From Bacteroidales bacterium (GTDB lineage Bacteria; Bacteroidota; Bacteroidia; Bacteroidales; Marinifilaceae), in contig SUWY01000010.1 of NCBI GenBank assembly GCA_015061245.1, positions 1,301-65,300 on the forward strand: a stretch of DNA of 64,000 nt. Reading direction: 5' to 3'. Positions 16,867-25,810 of the stretch are shown here, in pieces. Under the pieces are notes generated by a model. It did not search any database, was not told the origin of the DNA, and saw only the letters and a program-made list of their open reading frames with translations. Position 1 is the stretch's first letter, and the number at the start of each line of letters is the position of its first letter. Position numbers and translations under genes: made by a program.

Positions 16867-18003
16867 ATGGCAGAAGGAATGATTAATTTCGATTTAAGTG
16901 AGGATCGTCCCAATATCATCAAGGTTATTGGCGTTGGTGGCGGTGGCGGTAATGCTGTTCGTTACATGGCCCAAAAGGGAATTGTCGACGTTGATTTCGT
17001 TATATGTAACACAGATAAGCAGGTAACCCAAAAGGATGATTTGAATATCGAGTATATTCAGATTGGAGAGGAGTGTACCAATGGTTATGGAGCTGGTAAT
17101 GATCCCAATATAGGTAAAGAGGCGGCTGAAGAGAGCATAGAACAGATAAAGAGCGTGTTGAGCGGTGATACTAAAATGGTATTTATAACTGCTGCTATGG
17201 GAGGAGGTACAGGAACAGGAGCTGCTCCGATTATAGCTAAAACAGCTAAAGATATGGGTCGTTTGGTGGTAGGTGTTGTTACAGTGCCTGCCCGTTTTGA
17301 GGGACCTATTCGTGTCAATAATGCCAAGGCCGGTGTTGAGGCTATGGAGAGTGTTGTGGATTGTTTGATTGTTATTGAGAATGACAGAATTAAGCGTATT
17401 CATAAAAACTCAACACTGTCGCACGCCTTCTCGCAGGCTAATGAGGTGCTATTAACTGCAGCCAAAGGAATTGCCGAGATTATTACATTGTCGGGATATA
17501 TAAATGTAGACTTTGCCGATGTTAAGACCGTTATGGAGAATAGCGGAGTTGCTATTATGGGAGCAGCTAAGGCAGAGGGTGAAGATAGAGCTATCACGGC
17601 AATTAAAGATGCCCTTGAGAGTCCGCTTTTGAGCAATGATATTTTGGGCGCAAAAAATATTCTCTTCAATATTACCTCGGGCGAGGATGAGGTTCGTACC
17701 GATGAGTTGTTGAAGATTACCCGTTATATAATTCAAAAAGTAGGCGATAAGGCTTCTGTTATATGGGGAGTTGGTCGTGATATGAGTTTGGGGAAGGCTC
17801 TTTCGATAACAGTTATTGCAACAGGTTATCCTAAAGGATTGTTTAATATTGCAAATAACGGAAATGAGCGTAAGCCAATTACCGTAGAGCTGAATTATGT
17901 GACACTAACCCCTAATCTGTCCGAGACTGAGCGTTTAAGTTTGATAAATGAGCCGGCTTATAAGCGTCGCGGACAGATATTGAGAGTAACACATGGAGAT
18001 TAA
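16867..18003 (+). CDS. FtsZ paralog, copy 2 (short tail)
   Basis: 378 aa. Contains IIKVIGVGGGGGNAV, AMGGGTGTGAAP, GYINVDFADVKTVM, GEDRA and VIATGY. The tail contains NEPAYKRRGQ. Confidence 0.85.
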   Translation: MAEGMINFDLSEDRPNIIKVIGVGGGGGNAVRYMAQKGIVDVDFVICNTDKQVTQKDDLNIEYIQIGEECTNGYGAGNDPNIGKEAAEESIEQIKSVLSGDTKMVFITAAMGGGTGTGAAPIIAKTAKDMGRLVVGVVTVPARFEGPIRVNNAKAGVEAMESVVDCLIVIENDRIKRIHKNSTLSHAFSQANEVLLTAAKGIAEIITLSGYINVDFADVKTVMENSGVAIMGAAKAEGEDRAITAIKDALESPLLSNDILGAKNILFNITSGEDEVRTDELLKITRYIIQKVGDKASVIWGVGRDMSLGKALSITVIATGYPKGLFNIANNGNERKPITVELNYVTLTPNLSETERLSLINEPAYKRRGQILRVTHGD

Positions 18004-18015
18004 AGAGTATATAGA

Positions 18016-19803
18016 ATGGAGAAATTTAGAGCGTTAGGATTATCTGAGGATATTTTAAAGGGAATAGAGGAGTTGGGATTTGAGACTCCAACACCAATAC
18101 AGGAGAGAGTTATTCCGGTTGTTTTGTCGGGTTGCGAAGATTTGGTTGCACTTGCACAGACAGGAACAGGAAAGACAGCTGCATTTGGATTACCCTTATT
18201 ACAATCTTTAGATCTTGATAGTAAATCGATACAAGCTTTGATTTTGAGCCCTACTCGGGAGCTGTGTGTTCAGATATGTAACGATTTGATTAAATATTCG
18301 AAGTATCTGCCTCAAGTTAAGTGCACTGCAGTTTATGGAGGTACAGATATTCGTAAACAGATAAATACCATAGAGAAGGGGGTACATATTCTTGTGGCAA
18401 CTCCCGGACGTTTGTGCGATTTGATTCGTCGCGAGGCTGTAAATATAAATCAGGTACGTTGGGTAGTTCTTGATGAGGCTGATGAGATGTTGAATATGGG
18501 TTTCCAGGAGGATCTGAATTTTATTCTCGAGGAGACACCCAAGGAGAGAAATACCTTCCTTTTCTCTGCAACTATGCCTGTTGAGGTTGAGAGAATTGCT
18601 AAAAACTATTTGAAAAATCCACAGGAGATTACTACCGGAAAGAGAAATCAGGGCGCCGATACTGTCAGCCATATTTACTATCAGGTTATGGCAAAGGATT
18701 GCTATGAAACATTACGTAGAGTGATTGACTGTGAGCCGGATATGTATGCAATTATCTTTACTCGCACTAAGAATGATGCACGCGATATAGTTAAGAAATT
18801 GCAGAAGGATGGTGTTGATTGCGATGCTCTTCATGGAGATCTGAGTCAAGCTCAGCGTGATGATGTTATGTCACGTTTCAGAGCAAAACTGCTAAAGGTG
18901 CTTGTAGCTACCGATGTGGCGGCACGAGGTTTGGATGTTGATAATTTGACCCATGTAATCAATTATAATCTGCCCGAGGATATTGAGAGTTATACCCATA
19001 GAAGTGGTAGAACAGGACGTGCAGGTAAGGAGGGAATATCGGTATCTATTATCAATGCTCGTGAGAGTGGCAAGATTCGCAGATTGGAGAAGATGTTGCG
19101 TCGTCCGTTTACCTTCTGCAAGGTACCTAGTGGTGAAGATGTTGGTCGTGCTCAGTTACACTATTATGCAGATAAGGTGGTAACCGTTGAGCCTAAGGAG
19201 GATGTAGATAAGTATGTAGGCGAACTGTTTGCCAAGTTCCAGGAGATGGATAAAGAGATGCTTATTCGTAAGGTCTTTGCATATGAGTTTGGAAAGTTGC
19301 TGAAGAAATACAGAAATGCTAAAGATTTGAATATCATGGATGCTCCTAAGCCTAAGGGAGAGCAGAATGATCGTTCTACATATAAGGTGTTCTCGATTAA
19401 TGTTGGTAGAAATGATGGTTTCTCTCCACGTAGCTTGATGGAGATTATCAACTATTGTGCTCCACGCAGAGGTATGGATATAGGAGGTATCAGAGTGGGT
19501 AATGATGAGACCAAGTTCGAGATTGATGTGGATGGAGTTAAGAACTTTCCAAGGTTCTTTAACGGTATTCAGTTCGAGGATACTCTAATTAAGGTAAAGG
19601 AGCTTGATGAGGAGCCGGTATCAACACCTAAGGTAAAGAAGGAGCGATGGAGCAAAGAGCGTCGTGATAGAGGCGAGGGTAAGTCTGAGCGTAAGCGTGG
19701 AGATAAGCGTTCGAAACGTAATAACACTGCTCAGAATAAATACAGACGAGCTAATGCTGAAGGAGCAAAGAGAAATAGTAAGGGTGGTAAACGAGGTAAA
19801 TAG
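18016..19803 (+). CDS. DEAD-box ATP-dependent RNA helicase with DbpA-type RNA-binding domain and basic tail
   Basis: 595 aa. Q-motif region, AQTGTGKT, DEAD, SAT, HRSGRTGRAG; C-terminal VFSINVGRNDGF...IRVGNDETKFEI; K/R-rich end. Confidence 0.9.
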   Translation: MEKFRALGLSEDILKGIEELGFETPTPIQERVIPVVLSGCEDLVALAQTGTGKTAAFGLPLLQSLDLDSKSIQALILSPTRELCVQICNDLIKYSKYLPQVKCTAVYGGTDIRKQINTIEKGVHILVATPGRLCDLIRREAVNINQVRWVVLDEADEMLNMGFQEDLNFILEETPKERNTFLFSATMPVEVERIAKNYLKNPQEITTGKRNQGADTVSHIYYQVMAKDCYETLRRVIDCEPDMYAIIFTRTKNDARDIVKKLQKDGVDCDALHGDLSQAQRDDVMSRFRAKLLKVLVATDVAARGLDVDNLTHVINYNLPEDIESYTHRSGRTGRAGKEGISVSIINARESGKIRRLEKMLRRPFTFCKVPSGEDVGRAQLHYYADKVVTVEPKEDVDKYVGELFAKFQEMDKEMLIRKVFAYEFGKLLKKYRNAKDLNIMDAPKPKGEQNDRSTYKVFSINVGRNDGFSPRSLMEIINYCAPRRGMDIGGIRVGNDETKFEIDVDGVKNFPRFFNGIQFEDTLIKVKELDEEPVSTPKVKKERWSKERRDRGEGKSERKRGDKRSKRNNTAQNKYRRANAEGAKRNSKGGKRGK

Positions 19804-19811
19804 CAGACAAT

Positions 19812-20408
19812 ATGGAGATTACAAAGGCAGAATTTGTTATGAGCAATAGCTCTTTGGCAAAGTGTCCGCGTGAGGATCGCAAAGAGTATGCTTTCATTGG
19901 ACGATCTAATGTTGGAAAGTCTTCGTTGATAAATATGTTGACTCGCCGAAAGAATCTGGCAAAGACAGCGGCAAAGCCCGGTAAGACTCAGTTGATTAAC
20001 CACTTTCTGGTTAATGATGAGTGGTTTTTGGTTGATTTGCCCGGATATGGATATGCTGCAACCTCAAAGGGATTGCGTCGAGATTTTGGAAAGATGATTA
20101 GCGATTATGTACTGAAACGTGATAACCTTGTCTGTCTCTTTGTGTTGGTAGATAGTCGCTTGAAACCTCAAGCTATTGATTTGGATTTTATGCGTTGGTT
20201 GGGAGAGTCACAGATTCCGTTTGCTATGGTATTTACCAAGGCGGATAAGTTGACTGCCAATGAGAAGCGCAACTGTATAAATGCCTATAGTAAGGAGATG
20301 TTGCAGGAGTGGGAGAGTATGCCTCCATGTTTCCTGACATCGTCAGAGAAGGGTATTGGCAGAGCTGAGTTACTTGAATATATTGACTCGCTCAATAAGA
20401 TGGAGTAG
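19812..20408 (+). CDS. engB: Ribosome-biogenesis GTPase EngB/YihA
   Basis: 198 aa. G1 GRSNVGKSS, G3 DLPGYGYA, G4 TKADK. Confidence 0.9.
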   Translation: MEITKAEFVMSNSSLAKCPREDRKEYAFIGRSNVGKSSLINMLTRRKNLAKTAAKPGKTQLINHFLVNDEWFLVDLPGYGYAATSKGLRRDFGKMISDYVLKRDNLVCLFVLVDSRLKPQAIDLDFMRWLGESQIPFAMVFTKADKLTANEKRNCINAYSKEMLQEWESMPPCFLTSSEKGIGRAELLEYIDSLNKME

Positions 20409-20410
20409 AG

Positions 20411-21721
20411 ATGGATAAGCCAATTTCGCTATATGAGTTGAACTGTCGCATTAAAGCTATTGTCAGTGGTGCGATTCCGGCGGTGTGGATAACTGCCGAG
20501 ATAGCGGAATTGAATTTGAATCGTTCGGGTCACTGTTATTTACAGTTGGCTGATAAAGGTGAGAAGAGTGAGCAGCCTATTGCAGTGGCCAGGGCTACTG
20601 TGTGGGCTTCAACCTATAGATTGATATCGTCCTATTTTGTGCAGGTAACCGGGCGTACATTGGAGAGAGGTATGCGGGTTATGTTGTTGGTTGAGCCCAT
20701 CTTTCATGAACTTTATGGCTTTTCGCTTAACGTTAAGAATATTGAGCCCTCGTTTACAATAGGAGATCTTGAGCGTAGAAGAAGAGAGATTCTGGAACAG
20801 TTGAAGAGTGATGGAGTTATAGATATGAACCGCTCTTTGGAGTTCCCTGTTTTTCCGAAGCGTATTGCTGTGATTTCATCGCACACTGCGGCCGGTTGGG
20901 GCGATTTCAAAACACATCTTGCCGAAAATAGTTATGGTTATACCTTTAATATAAAGCTTTTTCCGGCAATTATGCAGGGTGATGGAGCAGAGAGTAGTCT
21001 GCTTAATGCTTTTGATCTGTTAGCTGAGGAGGTTGAGAATTTTGACGCTGTTGTTATAATTCGTGGTGGAGGTTCGCAGACCGATTTGGGCTGTTTTGAT
21101 TCCTATAATCTTGCAAGTTATGTGGCGCAGTTCCCAATTCCGGTTATCTCCGGTATAGGCCATGAGCGCGATGTGACGGTTATTGATTATGTGGCCCATA
21201 CCAGGGTAAAAACGCCTACTGCTGCAGCAGATCTATTTATTGAAGCTTTTGTAACTTGTGACGCTCTTTGTCGTAATATGGCAGAGAGACTAAAGCGTGT
21301 GGTTAACTCGATTGTCTCAGATGAGAAACTTTACAATGAGCGTTTGACAAACCGCTTTGCTACCAAAGTAAAGGATAGATTGTCGAGCGAGGCCTCGCTC
21401 ATCAATCTGTATAGGCAAAAGGCGCTCTCGAATATGGTGTCGACCGTCGAGCGTAGAAAAGAGAGGCTTAATATGGCGGCAGTGAGAGTTAAGGGAGCAG
21501 TGAGACAGAGTTTAATTAAGAACGGAAACCGTTTGGAGAAGAGTGAATTGGTTGTGCGCTATTCAGACCCTGTTAGAGTTTTGGAGCGAGGTTACTCAAT
21601 TGCTCTGCATGACGGTAAAGCTGTTAGGAGTGCAAAAGAGTTAAAGCGTGGAGATTGCGTTACTATGCGTTTTGCTGATGGATATGTAGAAACTACTGTA
21701 AATAAGGAATATGGAGAATAA
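20411..21721 (+). CDS. xseA: Exodeoxyribonuclease VII large subunit
   Basis: 436 aa. N-terminal OB fold (VWITAEIAELNLNRSGHCYLQL), IIRGGGS, GIGHERD. Confidence 0.9.
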   Translation: MDKPISLYELNCRIKAIVSGAIPAVWITAEIAELNLNRSGHCYLQLADKGEKSEQPIAVARATVWASTYRLISSYFVQVTGRTLERGMRVMLLVEPIFHELYGFSLNVKNIEPSFTIGDLERRRREILEQLKSDGVIDMNRSLEFPVFPKRIAVISSHTAAGWGDFKTHLAENSYGYTFNIKLFPAIMQGDGAESSLLNAFDLLAEEVENFDAVVIIRGGGSQTDLGCFDSYNLASYVAQFPIPVISGIGHERDVTVIDYVAHTRVKTPTAAADLFIEAFVTCDALCRNMAERLKRVVNSIVSDEKLYNERLTNRFATKVKDRLSSEASLINLYRQKALSNMVSTVERRKERLNMAAVRVKGAVRQSLIKNGNRLEKSELVVRYSDPVRVLERGYSIALHDGKAVRSAKELKRGDCVTMRFADGYVETTVNKEYGE

Positions 21722-21908
21722 ATTAACCTATAAAGAGGCGCTTGCAGAGATTGAACAGATTGTTTCAAATCTCGAGAATGATAAGTTGGATATAGACCAG
21801 TTGTCGGTTGCTGTAAAGCGGGTTACCGAGCTTATCAAATTTTGCAAGGATAAATTGAAAGAGACAAGCGATGAGGTTGAAAAGACCTTACAAAGTTTGG
21901 ATTTATAA
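21711..21908 (+). CDS. xseB: Exodeoxyribonuclease VII small subunit
   Basis: 65-aa helical protein (TYKEALAEIEQIVSNLEN...). Overlaps the xseA end by 11 nt. Confidence 0.85.
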   Translation: MENKLTYKEALAEIEQIVSNLENDKLDIDQLSVAVKRVTELIKFCKDKLKETSDEVEKTLQSLDL

Positions 21909-21916
21909 TACAAGGT

Positions 21917-23296
21917 ATGCGTAGAGTTCTGCTCCTTATAGTTGCTCTATTGTTGTGCAGAGCGGTTGTGGCTCAGCCATCCGAGGCTTTGCGTGCTCTT
22001 CTTGCCGATACAACATTGCGTTGGGCATCGGTAGGTGTTGATGTGAGAAGTGTTGAGAGGGGCAACCATATTCTGGAGTATAATTCTCACTTGGCTTTGG
22101 TTCCGGCATCGGTTACAAAGTTGATTTCTACTGCCTTTGCGTTAGATGTGTGTGGTCAGAATTTTACAGTCGAGACCAAAGTTTATCGTGAAGGCGATGT
22201 TTTTAATAACTACTTGAATGGCTCGCTGATTATCTACTCATCGGGCGACCCCACATTGGATTCAAAATATTTTCCTGAAAGAGCCTTTATGAGAAGAGTG
22301 ATTGCCTCTTTGAAGGAGCAGGGGATAAATAGCGTTTCAGATATCAGATTTATGCCCTTGGTTCCATATCAGGGTAGATATACCGGAGCTTGGTTAAGCG
22401 AAGATGTTGCAAACTATTATGGTGCAAGTTGGATGCCGTTCAATTGGCATGATAATAGTTGTAAGATAACTCTTCGTAGTGATTCAAAGCATAGTTATAT
22501 GGTTTCGGAAGAGCCATCGGCTGAGAGTTGTAATTACAGGTGTACCGTTAAGGTAAAGGGTGGCGTTAAACCCGATGTTTGGATATATGGAGGCGCTAAC
22601 GGATACCGTGAAATAAGAGGTGAAATGGCGCCAAATATGCCAAGCTACTCAGTAAATGGTGCAATGGGTTTTCCTGAAGAGTATTTTAAATCTGAGTTTA
22701 ACAAGGTAACAAATCGCCCGCACGTTATCGAGGCAAAACAAAAGAGCGGTAACAGAGTGTTGGTAGCCTCGTATCTCTCTCCTACATTTGCCGAGATAGT
22801 GTCGATAGCCAATAAACGAAGTGTGAATCTCTATGTAGAGGCGCTTGCTAATATTGCAGCAAGCAAGATTCCGGGCGAGGACTCCTATTGTGATAAGATA
22901 GAGAGTTGGCTTGCGCCTATATGTTCTGATTGTAGAGGTGTAGTTATGAAAGATGCCTGTGGTCTGGCTCCCTTGAACAGAATTCCGGTTTCTGTATTTA
23001 CCGATTTGTTGTTATGGAGCAGGGGAAAATGGGATGGCGCTTTTGATAATTCGCTCGCTGTAGTTGGAGATACCGGTACCTTGAAGAATTTCGCAAAGAG
23101 TTATCCATATCTAAATGGCAGAGTAATGGCTAAAAGTGGCTCAATGTCGGGAGTTCGAGCTTTGTCGGGCTATATAATTGCAAAGAGTGGCAAGCAGTAT
23201 GCTTTTACCATAATTGCCAATGGCTTTACTGCGGCAGGTTCCGATGTAATGGGTAGCTTTGCTACATTCTTGAATAAGTTATATCACGAGTTGTAA
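21917..23296 (+). CDS. dacB: D-alanyl-D-alanine carboxypeptidase/endopeptidase (PBP4 / S13 family)
   Basis: 459 aa with a signal peptide. Contains SVTK (SxxK), YSSGDP and KSGSMSG (KTG-like). Confidence 0.8.
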   Translation: MRRVLLLIVALLLCRAVVAQPSEALRALLADTTLRWASVGVDVRSVERGNHILEYNSHLALVPASVTKLISTAFALDVCGQNFTVETKVYREGDVFNNYLNGSLIIYSSGDPTLDSKYFPERAFMRRVIASLKEQGINSVSDIRFMPLVPYQGRYTGAWLSEDVANYYGASWMPFNWHDNSCKITLRSDSKHSYMVSEEPSAESCNYRCTVKVKGGVKPDVWIYGGANGYREIRGEMAPNMPSYSVNGAMGFPEEYFKSEFNKVTNRPHVIEAKQKSGNRVLVASYLSPTFAEIVSIANKRSVNLYVEALANIAASKIPGEDSYCDKIESWLAPICSDCRGVVMKDACGLAPLNRIPVSVFTDLLLWSRGKWDGAFDNSLAVVGDTGTLKNFAKSYPYLNGRVMAKSGSMSGVRALSGYIIAKSGKQYAFTIIANGFTAAGSDVMGSFATFLNKLYHEL

Positions 23297-23300
23297 TCTT

Positions 23301-23909
23301 TTACTTGAACAAGGTGCGATTAATGATGGATTTGCCAAGGGTAAGTTCGTCAGTGTAGTCCAATTCGTTACCAACAGAGATTCCCTTAGCAATTGCACTT
23401 AGTTTAATGTTTAATTCGGCAGGAATTTTTTTGCTGATATAAAAGGCTGTAGAGTCGCCCTCGACAGTTGCGCTTAGGGCGAAAATAATCTCCTCTACCT
23501 TCTCATTTTGAAGCCTCGCCAATAATGATGCAATATTTAAATCATTTGGACCAATAGCATCGATTGGTGATATAACGCCACCAAGTACATGGTATACTCC
23601 TCGGAACTGTCCTGTTCGTTCTATGGCCAGAATATCTTTGATGTTTTCTACTACACATATTGTGCTTTTGTCGCGTCGGGGATTTTTGCATATCTCACAC
23701 ATATCATCTTCGCAGATATTGTGACACACACTGCATGAATGCAAATCTGTCTTTAGCGCTGATATAGCATTAAGAAAACGGGTAACCTCGGAATCGCCCC
23801 TTTTAATAATGCTTAATGCATACTTCAGGGCGGTTCTTCTGCCAACTCCGGGTAGGAGGGCGAATTGATCTATCGCCCTCTCCAATATCTTTGATGCGCT
23901 ATTCTCCAT
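23301..23909 (-). CDS. recR: Recombination protein RecR
   Basis: 202 aa. HhH LPGVGRRTA, C4 zinc finger CSVCHNICEDDMCEIC, Toprim VVENIKDILAIE. Confidence 0.95.
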   Translation of the reverse strand: MENSASKILERAIDQFALLPGVGRRTALKYALSIIKRGDSEVTRFLNAISALKTDLHSCSVCHNICEDDMCEICKNPRRDKSTICVVENIKDILAIERTGQFRGVYHVLGGVISPIDAIGPNDLNIASLLARLQNEKVEEIIFALSATVEGDSTAFYISKKIPAELNIKLSAIAKGISVGNELDYTDELTLGKSIINRTLFK

Positions 23910-25660
23910 TATTGCTCCTCTTCGGGGAAACGAATATCACGAATAATCATCTGGATATCGCTTCTTCCCATAAATCTGTTCTCTTGTAGTGAGTAGCAGA
24001 TATCGAATTGTTTGCCTTTTGAAATCTTCGAGTACAAACGTCCCATTCCAAAAGCAATACCACTACGCTCATTATTGGCACCACTTCTAGTCTCAATGTT
24101 ACCTACAACTGTTAGTTTGAGGTGCTGATGCTCAATGTTTTTACCTACAATTTGTGACTTGCCGAAATAGTCTTGCACCTCATCGGTTTCGAACACAGGA
24201 ATTGTGTTGTTTGGTCCGAATGGGGCAAACTTCTCCAACATTTCGTAAAAATCGGGAGTAATATCCTCCAGGTGCAATTTTGCATCGATGTTGATTTGTG
24301 GGCGCAACATCTCCTCGTCAATAGTCTCTGCAACAATGCGCTCAAATTTCTCCTTGAACTTCTCTATGTTTTCCGGTTTTATTGTCAAACCGGCAGCATA
24401 TTTGTGCCCTCCATAGTTCTCAAGGAATTCACTACATTGCGAAATTGCATTATATAGGTCGAATCCCTCAACTGAACGTGCAGAACCTGTTGCATAACCA
24501 TTTGAATTTGTCAAGATAATAGTAGGCCTGTAGAAAGACTCTGTTAATCTTGATGCAACAATACCCACAACACCTTTGTGCCATTGAGGATTATATAGAA
24601 CGGTAGTCTTCTTTGACTCTGCGGCAACCTCACTCTTAATCTTGTTGATAGCCTCTTCGGTAATGTTGTGGTCAAGTTTTTTGCGCTCATCATTGTAGCT
24701 ATTGATAGTGCGGGCAATATTTTCAGCCTTTTCTCTATTCTCAGCTACAAGCAAATCAACTGCTCTTTGGCCTGACTCAACTCTTCCTGCGGCATTAATG
24801 CGCGGTCCAATCTTAAAGACAATATCGTTAATAGATATGCTCTTATCAATTTTAAGAGTGTCTATAATAGTTTTCAAACCCAAACTTGGGTTTGTATTTA
24901 GTTGCTTAAGACCATAATAGGCTAAAATTCTGTTCTCACCTGTGATAGGAACAATATCGCTTGCAATGCTTACACATAGCAAGTCCAACAATTCATACAC
25001 TTCACTCTGCGGTCTTCCCTTCTTAATGCCGTATGCTTGAACCAACTTAAAGGCTACACCACAACCACTCAACCATTTGTATGGATAGTTGCAGTCCTCT
25101 CTTTGTGGGTCCAATACAGCTACAGCTGCAGGAATCTCATCGCCTGGAGTGTGATGGTCGCAGATAATAATGTCAATGCCTTTTGATTTGGCATACTCCA
25201 CCTTGTCGACATCTTTAATGCCGCAATCAGTGATAATCAATAGACTTACTCCCGTGTCGGCAGCGTAGTCTATTCCCTTCTTTGAAACGCCATACCCCTC
25301 GTCGTAGCGATCAGGGACATAATAGTCCACCAATCCACGCTGACAAAAACGGTGTAGATATTTGCACAACACGGCCACAGCCGAGCATCCGTCCACATCG
25401 TAATCGCCAAATACCAGAATTCTTTCTCCCTTTTGGATTGCACGATCAAGCCTCTCTACGGCTTGCTCCATATCCTTCATCAAAAAAGGATTATGCAACT
25501 GTTCCAATTTCGGATTAAAGAAATCTAAAGCCTCTTCATAACTCTCTATTCCCCGCTGGATGAGCAAATTAGCCACCACGGGATTACAATTTAACCTACT
25601 CGATAATTCTGATACTTTTTTCTCGTCGGGGGTTGCGTTAACAACCCATCGCTTGTTCAT
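23909..25660 (-). CDS. recJ: Single-stranded-DNA-specific exonuclease RecJ
   Basis: DHH motifs (FGDYDVDG, ITDCG, DHH in CDHHTP) and a DHHA1 domain. The ORF is open to 25714, but I place the start at the ATG at 25660 (MNKRWVV...). The upstream 18 codons look non-conserved. The stop overlaps the recR start by 1 nt. Confidence 0.88.
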   Translation of the reverse strand: MNKRWVVNATPDEKKVSELSSRLNCNPVVANLLIQRGIESYEEALDFFNPKLEQLHNPFLMKDMEQAVERLDRAIQKGERILVFGDYDVDGCSAVAVLCKYLHRFCQRGLVDYYVPDRYDEGYGVSKKGIDYAADTGVSLLIITDCGIKDVDKVEYAKSKGIDIIICDHHTPGDEIPAAVAVLDPQREDCNYPYKWLSGCGVAFKLVQAYGIKKGRPQSEVYELLDLLCVSIASDIVPITGENRILAYYGLKQLNTNPSLGLKTIIDTLKIDKSISINDIVFKIGPRINAAGRVESGQRAVDLLVAENREKAENIARTINSYNDERKKLDHNITEEAINKIKSEVAAESKKTTVLYNPQWHKGVVGIVASRLTESFYRPTIILTNSNGYATGSARSVEGFDLYNAISQCSEFLENYGGHKYAAGLTIKPENIEKFKEKFERIVAETIDEEMLRPQINIDAKLHLEDITPDFYEMLEKFAPFGPNNTIPVFETDEVQDYFGKSQIVGKNIEHQHLKLTVVGNIETRSGANNERSGIAFGMGRLYSKISKGKQFDICYSLQENRFMGRSDIQMIIRDIRFPEEEQ

Positions 25661-25721
25661 TATTTTTTTATTTACTATTTTTTCAAATTTGGGACAAAAA
25701 TGCACAAAATTCATCGAATTT

Positions 25722-25753
25722 CAAAGATAAATAGGAGAAAATATTTATCTTTG
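25722..25753. promoter_or_regulatory. Perfect 12-bp inverted repeat caaagataaata-N8-tatttatctttg containing back-to-back -7 boxes (TATCTTTG on each strand) for recJ and lysS
   Basis: Read directly. Each arm contains an exact TAnnTTTG facing its gene. Confidence 0.5.
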
Positions 25754-25810
25754 TCCGTTAATAGTTCACTTTTGTGGCTAAATGTTTGAAAATAAAGAGA
25801 AATTGAAAAT

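Noticed and set aside
15443-18003. Second ftsZ as an assembly duplication or collapsed-repeat artefact
   Set aside because: The two copies are only about half identical at the protein level, differ throughout at the DNA level, and have different tails. An artefact would give near-identical copies.
25661-25714. 18-codon N-terminal extension of recJ (MNFVHFCPKFEKIVNKKI)
   Set aside because: RecJ-like sequence begins at MNKRWVV (ATG at 25660). The extension looks like translated A/T-rich leader. It is kept as an open alternative in the promoter finding.
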